Shown here: piece by piece, positions 1 to 8,907 of the stretch
Layout of the letters: each line of letters opens with the position of its first letter
Numbering within the stretch: the stretch's first letter is position 1
Source of the DNA: an uncultured Candidatus Saccharibacteria bacterium
GTDB taxonomy: Bacteria; Patescibacteriota; Minisyncoccia; Phycocordibacterales; JACOZG01
Direction of reading: 5' to 3'
Assembly (NCBI GenBank): GCA_964444555.1
Contig: CAYUHC010000003.1
Span: 1-46,830 of the forward strand
Length of the DNA: 46,830 nucleotides
The notes under the pieces: generated by a model
Databases searched by the model: none
What the model was told of the DNA's origin: nothing
What the model saw: only the letters and a program-made list of their open reading frames with translations
Translations under genes and position numbers: made by a program

Positions 1-1
1 T

Positions 2-544
2 TCATTTGCAAAATTTAAATCGGGGATAGATGGTGTACTTGATCACTTGGCCAAGGAGTTTGCCGCCATTCGAACGGGTCGCGCTACTCCGGCCTTGCTC
101 GATAGTATTAACGTTGAATCCTACGGTTCGCGCGTGCCCCTCAAACAACTCGGCTCGGTTGGCGTTGATGATGTGCGAAGTTTAAGGATTACTTTGTGGG
201 ACAAATCTCAAGTTAAAGCGGTTGAGCAAGCCATTAGTGTGGCTAATTTGGGGGTCTCGGTGACGGTTGATGGTCCAGCTATCCGAGTAATTTTCCCTGA
301 TCTCACAGCGGAAAAAAGAAAATTGTTGTCGAAGGTGGCAGGTGAGAAGGCCGAAGCCGCTCGGATTGCTTTGCGGCAAGAACGAGAAAAAACCTGGAAC
401 GAAATCCAGGCTGGCGAGAAAGATGGAACCATTTCGGAAGACGAAAAATTTCGTTTGAAGGAAGATCTGCAAGCTCAAGTCGATGAGGTTAATCAGAAAA
501 TAAAGTCGGCGCTAGAACGTAAAGAAGCCGAAATCGCCGGATGA
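2..544 (+). CDS. frr: ribosome recycling factor, 5' end off-window
   Basis: The frame is open from base 2 with no stop before the listed Met at 47. The translation ...AAIRTGRATPALLDSINVESYGSRVPLKQLG... and the charged coiled C-terminus are typical of RRF. The stop overlaps the next start (ATGA). Confidence 0.9.
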   Translation, partial: SFAKFKSGIDGVLDHLAKEFAAIRTGRATPALLDSINVESYGSRVPLKQLGSVGVDDVRSLRITLWDKSQVKAVEQAISVANLGVSVTVDGPAIRVIFPDLTAEKRKLLSKVAGEKAEAARIALRQEREKTWNEIQAGEKDGTISEDEKFRLKEDLQAQVDEVNQKIKSALERKEAEIAG

Positions 545-1647
545 CTCTAGTTTTATTTTTTATCATCTTGGCGGTGCTGATTTTGTCTCATGAGCTGGGA
601 CACTTTTTGGCGGCAAAATATTTCGGGGTTCGGGTGGACGAGTTTGGTTTGGGCTTTCCGCCCAAGTTAGTTAGCTGGCGTCGGGGCGAAACCGAATATT
701 CGATTAACCTTATTCCCTTCGGCGGATTTGTAAAAATTTTTGGTGAGACACCTGATGAGGATTCGTTAACGGGAGCCGATTCGGGACGAAGTTTGGTTAA
801 TAAGCCCCGTTGGCAACAGGCTGTGGTCTTGGCCGCCGGAGTCTTTTTTAATTTAATTTTGGCCTGGGGCTTGATTAGCGTGGGCTTGATGGTTGGGTTG
901 CCCTCACCGGCGGAGGAGGCGACGGGGGCGCCGGCTCGTTTGTTGATCACTAGCGTGATGCCCGATTCTCCCGCCGCGGCCGCGGGCCTTCGGCCCGGCG
1001 ACGAGCTCGTCGCTTTAGGGGCCGCGGCAGTCCGGACCACTGGTCAATTAACGCCGGAGTTGGTTCAAGATTTTGTCGCTGATCATCCGACCGAAGAAAT
1101 TACTTTAGAGTATCGTCGAGGGCAGGTGTTGACGGGTAAGGATTTGCCTGTGGCTCGGGCAGAGCTTACGCCTCGACCCATCCAAGCCGGAGCCGCGCCA
1201 GTTCTGGGCATTGCGATGGAGGAGATCGCTCTGCGCCAGGTCTTGCCTCATCGCGCGATTGTGGAGGGCCTTAACCTAACGGTGTCTCTCACTAAGGCAA
1301 CGGCTGCGGCGCTGGCCTCCTTTGTTACGCAAGCTTGGCGGGGCGAATCAATTATCTCGAGCGTCACCGGGCCAGTTGGGTTAGTGGGCTTGGTGGGCAA
1401 TGCCCGGGTAATGGGCTTGGTTTACTTGCTTAGCTTTACGGCCCTAATCTCCATTAACCTGGCGGTGATTAACTTGGTGCCCTTTCCGGCGCTCGATGGG
1501 GGACGCCTCCTGTTTTTATTGATCGAAAAGATTAAGGGTTCGGCAATCCGCCCGACCGTGGCCAACGTGCTTAATGGCGTTGGTTTTGCCTTGTTGTTGC
1601 TGCTGATGGCCGTGATTACTTTCCACGATATCGCCAAGCTATTCTAG
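541..1647 (+). CDS. rseP: site-2 (M50) intramembrane zinc metalloprotease with PDZ domain
   Basis: HELGHF (HExxH) sits in the first TM helix. There is a central PDZ-like segment (SPAAAAGLRPGDELVAL) and a C-terminal NLVPFPALDGG motif, with several TM helices. Confidence 0.88.
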   Translation: MTLVLFFIILAVLILSHELGHFLAAKYFGVRVDEFGLGFPPKLVSWRRGETEYSINLIPFGGFVKIFGETPDEDSLTGADSGRSLVNKPRWQQAVVLAAGVFFNLILAWGLISVGLMVGLPSPAEEATGAPARLLITSVMPDSPAAAAGLRPGDELVALGAAAVRTTGQLTPELVQDFVADHPTEEITLEYRRGQVLTGKDLPVARAELTPRPIQAGAAPVLGIAMEEIALRQVLPHRAIVEGLNLTVSLTKATAAALASFVTQAWRGESIISSVTGPVGLVGLVGNARVMGLVYLLSFTALISINLAVINLVPFPALDGGRLLFLLIEKIKGSAIRPTVANVLNGVGFALLLLLMAVITFHDIAKLF

Positions 1648-1661
1648 GGTTTTGGGCTCTA

Positions 1662-1689
1662 TTGACAAAATCTTATATTAGTGTATGAT
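1662..1689 (+). promoter_or_regulatory. sigma-70-type promoter candidate (TTGACA-16 nt-TATGAT)
   Basis: TTGACA at 1662-1667 and TATGAT at 1684-1689 with a TG just upstream, lying in the rseP-proS gap ahead of a small ORF. Confidence 0.5.
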
Positions 1690-1746
1690 TGTGGCAGATG
1701 GCGTGGTGCTATCTCTGAAATTTAACTTTAAAATAAGGAGATTACA

Positions 1747-1848
1747 ATGGACCCGTTGGCAAGAGAGTTGTGGAGGGGGTTCGGAGCAGTTGTCCTCATG
1801 TTCTTTGTGGGGGCATTGGTAATGTTAATCATCGATTGTTATCTGTAA
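1747..1848 (+). CDS. 33-aa hydrophobic small protein (not in the ORF track)
   Basis: AAGGAG lies 6 nt before the ATG at 1747. Translation is MDPLARELWRGFGAVVLMFFVGALVMLIIDCYL, one predicted TM helix. It is followed by its own terminator hairpin. Confidence 0.45.
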   Translation: MDPLARELWRGFGAVVLMFFVGALVMLIIDCYL

Positions 1849-1867
1849 TTAAAAAACGGGGGGGTAG

Positions 1868-1903
1868 GGCGCCTGGAGAAATCCGGGCGTCTTTTTCGTT
1901 TTT
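1868..1903 (+). terminator. rho-independent terminator candidate
   Basis: ggcgcctgg / ccgggcgtc forms a 9-bp stem (two G-U pairs) with loop agaaat, followed by tttttcgttttt. Confidence 0.6.
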
Positions 1904-1937
1904 GACCCTTGGGGCGGTTTCTAGTAAGCTAAGGGCG

Positions 1938-3191
1938 ATGCGCCAATCTCAACTTTTTACTAAGACCCGCCGCGAAGCTCCCAAGGATGAGGTCTCTCGC
2001 AATGCCGAACTTTTGATCCGAGCCGGGTATGTTCACAAAGAGTTAGCCGGTGTTTATTCTCTTCTACCGCTAGGTTTGCGCGTGCTGGAAAAAATTAATT
2101 CTATTATCCGTCGCGAGATGGCTGGTTTGGGTGCGAGTGAGGCAGAGCTATCGGCCCTTCAAGATCCTACCAGTTGGCAGACCACTGGTCGGTGGAGCGA
2201 TGAGGTGGTTGATGTTTGGTTTAAAACGACTTTAAAAAATGAGTCAGTGGTGGGTCTGGGGCTCACGCACGAGGAGGCGTTCACGATGATTATGAAAGAT
2301 TTTATTCAATCTTATCGTGATCTCCCGCGCGCTGTTTATCAGATCCAAACTAAGTTCCGCAATGAGACGCGGGCCAAGAGCGGACTTCTGCGCGGCCGCG
2401 AGTTTTTAATGAAGGATCTCTACTCTTTCCACGCCACCATGGCGGATCTTGATGAGTTTTACGAACGCGTGGCCACTAGTTACGAACGGATTTTTAAGGC
2501 CGTTGGTCTTGGCGATCTCACTTATCGCACCTTTGCTTCCGGTGGCGTCTTTAGCAAATTTAGTCATGAGTTCCAGACGATTTGCGAAGCCGGCGAAGAC
2601 ACCATTTATCTTTCCAGTGAGCGGGGGGTGGCGGTTAATACGGAAGTTTGCACTGACGAGGTTTTGGCCGAATTGCGTTTGATTAAAGATGATTTGGTCC
2701 CGCACAAAGCTATTGAGGTGGGTAATATTTTTAAATTAGGTTCGCGCTTTTCGGAGGCGCTCGGCCTGTCTTTTGTGGACGAGGCCGGTGAGCGCCAGCC
2801 AGTTTTGATGGCCAGTTATGGCTTAGGCCCGACTCGGATTTTGGGGACGATTGCCGAGGTGCTCTCAGACGAGCGAGGTCTGGTTTGGCCGGCCGCCGTG
2901 GCGCCGTTTGCTGTTCACCTGATTGGTTTGGGTGGCAAGGATGAGGCGGTGGTGGCTAAGGCGGAAGAACTTTATCAATCACTAGTGGGGGCGGGGATTG
3001 AGGTGCTTTACGATGATCGAGAGGTCTCCGCGGGTGAGAAGTTTGCCGATAGCGATTTGTTGGGTTTGCCTTTGCGCTTGGTGGTGAGTGAGCGCAGTTT
3101 GGCTGGTGGAGGAGTAGAGACTAAGCGCCGACGCAGTAGCGAGACAGAAATCATTCCGGTTGACCGAGTAGTGGCGTATTGTCATGGCTAA
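1938..3191 (+). CDS. proS: prolyl-tRNA synthetase, bacterial type without the INS editing domain
   Basis: The canonical N-terminus MRQSQLFTKTRREAP starts at the ATG at 1938; the listed ORF start at 1770 is an upstream extension. Class II motif 2 is FRNETRAKSGLLRGREFLMKDLYSF, followed by EVGNIFKLGSRFSEA and an anticodon-binding C-terminus. Confidence 0.9.
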   Translation: MRQSQLFTKTRREAPKDEVSRNAELLIRAGYVHKELAGVYSLLPLGLRVLEKINSIIRREMAGLGASEAELSALQDPTSWQTTGRWSDEVVDVWFKTTLKNESVVGLGLTHEEAFTMIMKDFIQSYRDLPRAVYQIQTKFRNETRAKSGLLRGREFLMKDLYSFHATMADLDEFYERVATSYERIFKAVGLGDLTYRTFASGGVFSKFSHEFQTICEAGEDTIYLSSERGVAVNTEVCTDEVLAELRLIKDDLVPHKAIEVGNIFKLGSRFSEALGLSFVDEAGERQPVLMASYGLGPTRILGTIAEVLSDERGLVWPAAVAPFAVHLIGLGGKDEAVVAKAEELYQSLVGAGIEVLYDDREVSAGEKFADSDLLGLPLRLVVSERSLAGGGVETKRRRSSETEIIPVDRVVAYCHG

Positions 3192-4248
3192 ATTTTGGGA
3201 CAAGCTTAAGCGTTCATGGTCTACCGATATCGGCATTGATTTAGGTACGGCCAACACGCTTGTTTATATTAAGGGTCACGGCATCGTTATTAACGAGCCG
3301 ACGATTGTGGCGATTAACGAGAAGACCGGTCGCGTTGTGGCTATTGGTACCGACGCCAAACAAATGGTCGGTCGGACGCCGGCGCACGTCTCGGTGATCC
3401 GGCCCTTGGTTGATGGGGTGATTTCTAATTTTGAGGTCGCCGAGGAGATGCTGGCTTATTTTATTCGGCGAGCGCAAGAGTTTAGCCCGAAAAAGTTTTT
3501 GCGACCACGGGTGGTGATCGGCGTTCCGGTCTCGGTGACCAACGTCGAGGTGCGGGCGGTGCGCGATGCCGCGCGCAATGCCGGTGCTGGCGAAGTAGCA
3601 ATTATCGAGGAGCCGATGGCCGCGGCGGTGGGCATTAGGTTGCCGGTTCACGAACCGGTCGGCAGTATGATTATTGATATTGGTGGTGGGACGACAGATA
3701 TCGCCGTGATTTCTTTGGGTGGGATTGTGCGGGCAAAAAATTTGAAAATTGCGGGCGATCGCTTAAACGCCGACATCATGACCTATATTCGTGATGAGTT
3801 TAAAATTTTACTGGGCGAAAAGACGGCCGAGGACGTAAAAATTGCCATTGGTTCGGTTTGGAAGTCTAAGGAGCCACTCGACGCGACCGTGCGTGGTCGA
3901 GATTTGGTGACGGGTTTGCCCAAGGAGGTGGTGATCACGGACGCCGATATTAAAGAGGCGATTGGTCCGTCGATCGAAATTTTGGTGGACTCGATTAAGG
4001 AGGTTCTCGAGTCGACGCCGCCGGAGGTGATTTCTGATGTGATGCACAAGGGAATTATTTTGGTCGGCGGTGGCGCCTTGATTAAGGGGATGCCCGAACT
4101 TTTAGCTCACGCTCTTAAATTGCCAATTACCGTCACCGAGGACCCGCTAACGGCCGTGGTCCGAGGGACGGGGGTGGTGCTCGATGATCTGGAGCGCTAT
4201 CGTGATATTCTAATTAATGATGATGACTCGATACCCGACCGGTCCTGA
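3184..4248 (+). CDS. mreB: rod-shape protein MreB (actin-like ATPase)
   Basis: DIGIDLGTANTLVY phosphate-1 motif, IIDIGGGTTDIAV, and GGGALIKG. Confidence 0.95.
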   Translation: MAKFWDKLKRSWSTDIGIDLGTANTLVYIKGHGIVINEPTIVAINEKTGRVVAIGTDAKQMVGRTPAHVSVIRPLVDGVISNFEVAEEMLAYFIRRAQEFSPKKFLRPRVVIGVPVSVTNVEVRAVRDAARNAGAGEVAIIEEPMAAAVGIRLPVHEPVGSMIIDIGGGTTDIAVISLGGIVRAKNLKIAGDRLNADIMTYIRDEFKILLGEKTAEDVKIAIGSVWKSKEPLDATVRGRDLVTGLPKEVVITDADIKEAIGPSIEILVDSIKEVLESTPPEVISDVMHKGIILVGGGALIKGMPELLAHALKLPITVTEDPLTAVVRGTGVVLDDLERYRDILINDDDSIPDRS

Positions 4249-5038
4249 TCGTTTTGCGCGGCCGCGGCCTAAGCGTTGGCGACGTTTTATCGCGCTGATT
4301 GCGGCCGCGGCCTTTTTGGTCTGGGGCGGGAGTTGGCTGGCTGATCGCTTGTCTCCGGCCGCGACGGTAGTGGAACCACTGGCGAAAACGGCTGGTCAGG
4401 CCACTTTGGGTGGACTCGATTTTTTGTCGGCTTTGTTGGGCGGGAAAGATCGCTTGTTGGCGCAGAACCAGGCGTTGCAAACCAAGGTGGCCGAGCTAGA
4501 GGTCCGGTTGCTTGATTATGATCAGGTACGCGCCGAGCGAGCCACGCTCTTGGGGCAGTTGGGTTTTAAAGCTAGTTCGACGGAGGCATTGACGATTGGT
4601 CGAGTCTTGTCGCTGGGTTGGGCCAGTCCTTACGATACGTTAATTGCCGAGATCCCGACCGGTCAGTTGGTTCGGGTGGGAGCGCCGGTGACATTTGGCG
4701 GTTCCTTATTGCTCGGTTTAGTTGGTGAGGTTAATGATAATTTGGTGCGCATCCGCTTGCTCTCTGCGCCCGGATCAGAGACGCCCGTGCTGGTAGGCAC
4801 CAGCACCGCCGCGGTCAAAGCCCGCGGCCGCGGCAACGGCAACTTTGAGGTGACGTTGCCGCGGGGCGTCCCCGTGATGGTGGGTGACGTGGTTACGGCT
4901 TCGAGCTCGCCGGCGGAACGCTACTTAGGTCGGATCGGCGAGATTGAGAGTGATCCTAGTGACTCCTCGCAGAAAATCTTTTTCCGCTTCCCACTAAATA
5001 TCGGCGCTTTGCGCTTTGTTGAGATCCATGATTTCTAG
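4217..5038 (+). CDS. mreC: rod-shape protein MreC
   Basis: Position directly after mreB. It has an N-terminal TM helix, a coiled-coil (LLAQNQALQTKVAELEVRLLDYDQ) and a beta-rich C-terminal half. The choice among three consecutive ATGs at 4217-4225 is unresolved. Confidence 0.8.
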   Translation: MMMTRYPTGPDRFARPRPKRWRRFIALIAAAAFLVWGGSWLADRLSPAATVVEPLAKTAGQATLGGLDFLSALLGGKDRLLAQNQALQTKVAELEVRLLDYDQVRAERATLLGQLGFKASSTEALTIGRVLSLGWASPYDTLIAEIPTGQLVRVGAPVTFGGSLLLGLVGEVNDNLVRIRLLSAPGSETPVLVGTSTAAVKARGRGNGNFEVTLPRGVPVMVGDVVTASSSPAERYLGRIGEIESDPSDSSQKIFFRFPLNIGALRFVEIHDF

Positions 5039-5252
5039 AGTGATTTTTACTCTGGCGCTCCTTTGGTCAATTTTTAGTCTGCCGTGGTGGGGTAGTTTGG
5101 CTTTGGCCCTCGTTGCCTTATTGCTATTTGATTGGTGGTATGGCTTTTTTTTGCTGTGGCCATTTTTCGTCCGGTTACCCCTTACCGTGATTAGTCTGAT
5201 GTTGGTTGTGCTCGCCCCCGAGATCAAAAGTCGTATAATGGTGTCGTCATGA
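5016..5252 (+). CDS. mreD: small polytopic membrane protein, positional MreD candidate
   Basis: 78 aa and very hydrophobic. It sits between mreC and the PBP2 gene and overlaps both. The call is positional only. Confidence 0.5.
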   Translation: MLRSMISRVIFTLALLWSIFSLPWWGSLALALVALLLFDWWYGFFLLWPFFVRLPLTVISLMLVVLAPEIKSRIMVSS

Positions 5253-6931
5253 CCCCTTTCCGTCGGCGATTTAAGCAGGCCTATCGTGATCTAGATCCGG
5301 ATGAGGTTTTGCTCGACGCGCGTAATCTGCCTTCGTTCAACACCCAACAATTCGAGGGGAGGTTAGAAAAACCGATTAGCAAACTCTCGTTTTATTTTTT
5401 AGCCGCCCTGTTTGCTTTGGTGCTGGTTATTTTTTTAGGCAAAGTTTTTCAATTGCAGGTGGTGCAAGGTGGCGCCTTGGCCGAGCGGAGTCACAACAAC
5501 ACTTTGCGGCACATCCCGATTTTTGCCGAACGGGGGATTATTGAGGATCGTCATGGTGAGGAGTTGGCTTGGAATGATGCCGAACTTGGTCGAGCGTATA
5601 ATGAGGCGCCCGGTCTCGCGCACCTGGTTGGCTACATTGGTTATCCCAACGAAGAGGAGATGGCGACCGGCAATTTCCATCCCAAGCAGATGGTGGGACG
5701 TGAGGGCGCGGAGCGCTGGTTTAACGAGGAGTTGGAGGGTGGTCGCGGTCTTAAGATCGAGGAGGTCGACGTGGGCGGCGAAGTAGTTTCTGAGCATGTG
5801 CTGGAGGTGCCCAAAAGTGGAGCGCCCGTTCGGCTCTCGATTGATTTGGGAGTCCAAGGCGAATTGGGTCGGGCGATTGAGTCGATGATGTCGGAGTATG
5901 GCTTTCGCGGCGGAGCGGGTCTGATTATGGACGTTAAGACGGGGCAATTATTGGCGATGGTCAGCGCGCCGGAGTATCGCTCTGGCATCTTGTCGCAGGG
6001 CGAGGATCGCGCGGCGATCAATGGTTACTTAACCGATAAGCGGCTTCCATTTCTTAATCGGGTCTTGCGTGGACTCTACACCCCCGGCTCGATTGTAAAA
6101 ACGATCATGGCCGCCGCCGCGTTGCAGGAAGGAGTGATTTCACCCACTAAGCAGATTTATTCTAGTGGTGAGATCGCGATTGCTAATCCTTATAGTCCCA
6201 AAGATAAGTCAATTTTCCGCGATTGGAAGGCGCACGGTTGGGTTGATGTGCGTCGGGCTCTGGCCGTTTCTTCGAACGTTTATTTTTACGCCGTTGGTGG
6301 TGGTTACGAGGATCAGCGAGGGATTGGCATCCGGGCGATTGACCGTTACGCCCAGGCTTTTGGTTTGGGTGAGGCCACGGGTTTTAGATTTGGGAGCGAA
6401 GAGACTGGCAACATTCCAACCCCCGAATGGAAAGAAAAAGTTTTTGACGGCGAGCCGTGGCGGTTGGGCGACACTTATCATACGGTGATCGGGCAGTACG
6501 GCTTTCAGGTGACGCCTTTGCAGATGGTGCGCGTGGTGGGGGCGTTGGCCACGGGATCACTTGTTCGACCAACTATCTCGACGACCGATCAGCCGGTGAG
6601 CACGCCTCTTGGGGCCGTTTCGCCAGAGAATTTACAAATTGTCCGTGAGGGGATGCGTCAGGCCGTGCTAGAAGGGACAGCTAAGGGATTAATGGTTAAC
6701 GAGGTGGCGATTGCGGGCAAGACGGGAACGGCAGAGCTTGGCGTATCGAAGGCTGACGTCAACTCTTGGACGATGGGTTTTTGGCCTTACGAAAATCCTC
6801 GCTTTGCTTACGCGGTAGTTTTGGAACAGGGAAGTCGAAATAATTTAGTCGGGGCCACTCTTGCGATGCGGCAAGTCATTAATTGGCTAGTCGCTAATCG
6901 GCCAGAATATTTGCTGGCCGAGACTCGTTGA
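5249..6931 (+). CDS. mrdA: class B penicillin-binding protein 2 (elongation transpeptidase)
   Basis: N-terminal TM anchor, SxxK (GSIVK), SxN (SSN) and KTG (GKTGTAE) motifs, and mreBCD context. Confidence 0.88.
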   Translation: MTPFRRRFKQAYRDLDPDEVLLDARNLPSFNTQQFEGRLEKPISKLSFYFLAALFALVLVIFLGKVFQLQVVQGGALAERSHNNTLRHIPIFAERGIIEDRHGEELAWNDAELGRAYNEAPGLAHLVGYIGYPNEEEMATGNFHPKQMVGREGAERWFNEELEGGRGLKIEEVDVGGEVVSEHVLEVPKSGAPVRLSIDLGVQGELGRAIESMMSEYGFRGGAGLIMDVKTGQLLAMVSAPEYRSGILSQGEDRAAINGYLTDKRLPFLNRVLRGLYTPGSIVKTIMAAAALQEGVISPTKQIYSSGEIAIANPYSPKDKSIFRDWKAHGWVDVRRALAVSSNVYFYAVGGGYEDQRGIGIRAIDRYAQAFGLGEATGFRFGSEETGNIPTPEWKEKVFDGEPWRLGDTYHTVIGQYGFQVTPLQMVRVVGALATGSLVRPTISTTDQPVSTPLGAVSPENLQIVREGMRQAVLEGTAKGLMVNEVAIAGKTGTAELGVSKADVNSWTMGFWPYENPRFAYAVVLEQGSRNNLVGATLAMRQVINWLVANRPEYLLAETR

Positions 6932-6966
6932 CCGCGACCACGAAATAAAGTAGAATAAGCGCCATC

Positions 6967-7425
6967 ATGGATAAACACTATTTAAGCCGCGAGAAGCATG
7001 AACAGTTGGTTGCCGAGTTACATGAATTAAAAATGGTTCGTCGCAAGGAGGTAGCTGAGCGGTTGGATTTTGCAAAGTCGCTAGGCGATCTTTCAGAAAA
7101 TGCTGAGTATCATGCCGCGCGCGAAGAGCAGGCGGAGATTGAGGATCGAATTCGTCAATTAGAGGACTTGCTCAAGTCGAGTGAGATTGTGGAAGCGCAT
7201 CACAGCACGGTGGTTGAGGTGGGCACGACGCTTAAGGTTAAGCGAGCTGGTGGTTCAGAACAATTACTGACGATTGTCGGGAGTGAGGAGGCTGACATCG
7301 CGTCGGGCAAAGTTTCTTATCAATCGCCAATTGGCGCCGCTCTCTTGGGACGCAAGAAGGGCGACAGCGTCACTGTCGAGACGCCTCGAGGTAGTGTGGA
7401 GTACAAAATTCTTAGTCTAGAATAA
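6967..7425 (+). CDS. greA: transcription elongation factor GreA
   Basis: N-terminal coiled-coil with GDLSENAEYHAAREEQ, and a C-terminal globular domain. 152 aa. Confidence 0.92.
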   Translation: MDKHYLSREKHEQLVAELHELKMVRRKEVAERLDFAKSLGDLSENAEYHAAREEQAEIEDRIRQLEDLLKSSEIVEAHHSTVVEVGTTLKVKRAGGSEQLLTIVGSEEADIASGKVSYQSPIGAALLGRKKGDSVTVETPRGSVEYKILSLE

Positions 7426-7428
7426 CTC

Positions 7429-8892
7429 ATGGCTTCATTAGAAGAATTACGCAGTGAGCGCATCAAAAAATTGGAGGCGCTCAGATCGGCGGGCATCGAT
7501 CCTTATCCGACTGATTTTCCTCATGACCACAGTGTGGCCGAAGTGGTGGCTGGGTTTGATGAGCTGGTAACCTCGGGCAAAAAAGTCTCAATCGTTGGTC
7601 GAGTCCGAGCGATCCGCGGTCAGGGGGGTATTTTGTTTTGTAATCTTGATGACGGGACGGGCACCTTTCAGGCCGTGTTTAAAAAAGATGAATTACCAGC
7701 TGAACTATTTGAACGTTTTGTGGAGACGGTGGACTTGGGCGACTTTATTGGCGTGACGGGGCCGCTGTTGGTTACCAAACGAGGCGAACAGAGCGTGGCG
7801 GTTGCCGAGTGGTTGATGTTGGCCAAAGCGCTCCGGCCCTTGCCGAGCCAGTGGCACGGCCTTTCGGAAGTTGAGGAGCGCTTTCGTCGACGTTATCTTG
7901 ATAGCTTGATGTCTCCAGAGGTGCGCGAGCGTTTCGTTTTGCGCTCGCGTTTGATTGCCGAGGTGCGCCAATTCTTACAGCGACATGATTTTATGGAGGT
8001 GGAGACACCAATGCTCCAGACGGTCGCTGGCGGGGCAACGGCCACTCCCTTTGTTACTCATCACGAGGCGCTTGATCTCGATTTGTATTTACGAGTCGCT
8101 CCCGAACTCCATCTCAAGCAAATGGTGATTGGCGGATTTTCTAAAGTCTTTGAATTGGGGCGAAGTTTTCGTAACGAAGGACTCGATGCGACCCACAATC
8201 CGGAGTTTACCTCGCTTGAGGTCTATGAGGCCTACGGTACTCCTGCGACGGCTCAGAAGTTGGTGGCCGAGATGGTGCGCTCGGTCTTTAAAAAAGCGTT
8301 GGGGACGGCGGAGGTGGCCTATAACGGCGCGGTCCTCTCTTTTGCTGGTCAGATTCCGGCGATCACCTTTGCTGACCTACTTCAAAAATACACGCTGATT
8401 AATGATTTGAATTTGCCCGAAAAAGAGTTGGCACTAAAGGCCGCTCAATTTGGTATTACGGTGGCGCCCGGCGAACATCGGACCAAAATTTTGGACAGCA
8501 TTTACAAAAAGATGTGTCGACCAAAATTAATCCAACCTATTTTTATTACCGATTATCCGGTTGAGTTTTCGCCCTTGGCCAAGCGTCAAGCCGATCAACC
8601 CAGTTTAATTAGTCGTTTCCAGTTAGTTGCTGGCGGTTTGGAGTTGGTTAACGGCTTTGCCGAACTTAACGATCCCTTGGATCAGGCCGAACGTTTTACC
8701 GAGCAAGAAGCTCGGCGCGCTGGCGGTGATGAGGAGGCCCAAGCTAAGGACGACTCTTATGTTGAAGCGTTGGAGTATGGTTTGCCGCCTACGACTGGTT
8801 GGGGATTGGGGATTGATCGGTTGGTGATGCTGGCCACGGACACTCAGGCGATTAGGGAAGTAATTTTCTTCCCAACAATGCGCCCGCGCTAG
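7429..8892 (+). CDS. lysS: lysyl-tRNA synthetase, class II
   Basis: OB-fold N-terminal domain, RRRYLD, class II motifs (FRNEG, ELVNGFAELNDP, GLGIDRLVM). Confidence 0.93.
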   Translation: MASLEELRSERIKKLEALRSAGIDPYPTDFPHDHSVAEVVAGFDELVTSGKKVSIVGRVRAIRGQGGILFCNLDDGTGTFQAVFKKDELPAELFERFVETVDLGDFIGVTGPLLVTKRGEQSVAVAEWLMLAKALRPLPSQWHGLSEVEERFRRRYLDSLMSPEVRERFVLRSRLIAEVRQFLQRHDFMEVETPMLQTVAGGATATPFVTHHEALDLDLYLRVAPELHLKQMVIGGFSKVFELGRSFRNEGLDATHNPEFTSLEVYEAYGTPATAQKLVAEMVRSVFKKALGTAEVAYNGAVLSFAGQIPAITFADLLQKYTLINDLNLPEKELALKAAQFGITVAPGEHRTKILDSIYKKMCRPKLIQPIFITDYPVEFSPLAKRQADQPSLISRFQLVAGGLELVNGFAELNDPLDQAERFTEQEARRAGGDEEAQAKDDSYVEALEYGLPPTTGWGLGIDRLVMLATDTQAIREVIFFPTMRPR

Positions 8893-8907
8893 CGAAGGAG
8901 GTGATTT

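Noticed and set aside
1770-1937. A 56-codon N-terminal extension of proS in the ORF track.
   Set aside because: It overlaps the small ORF and the terminator hairpin. The canonical ProRS N-terminus MRQSQLF begins at 1938.
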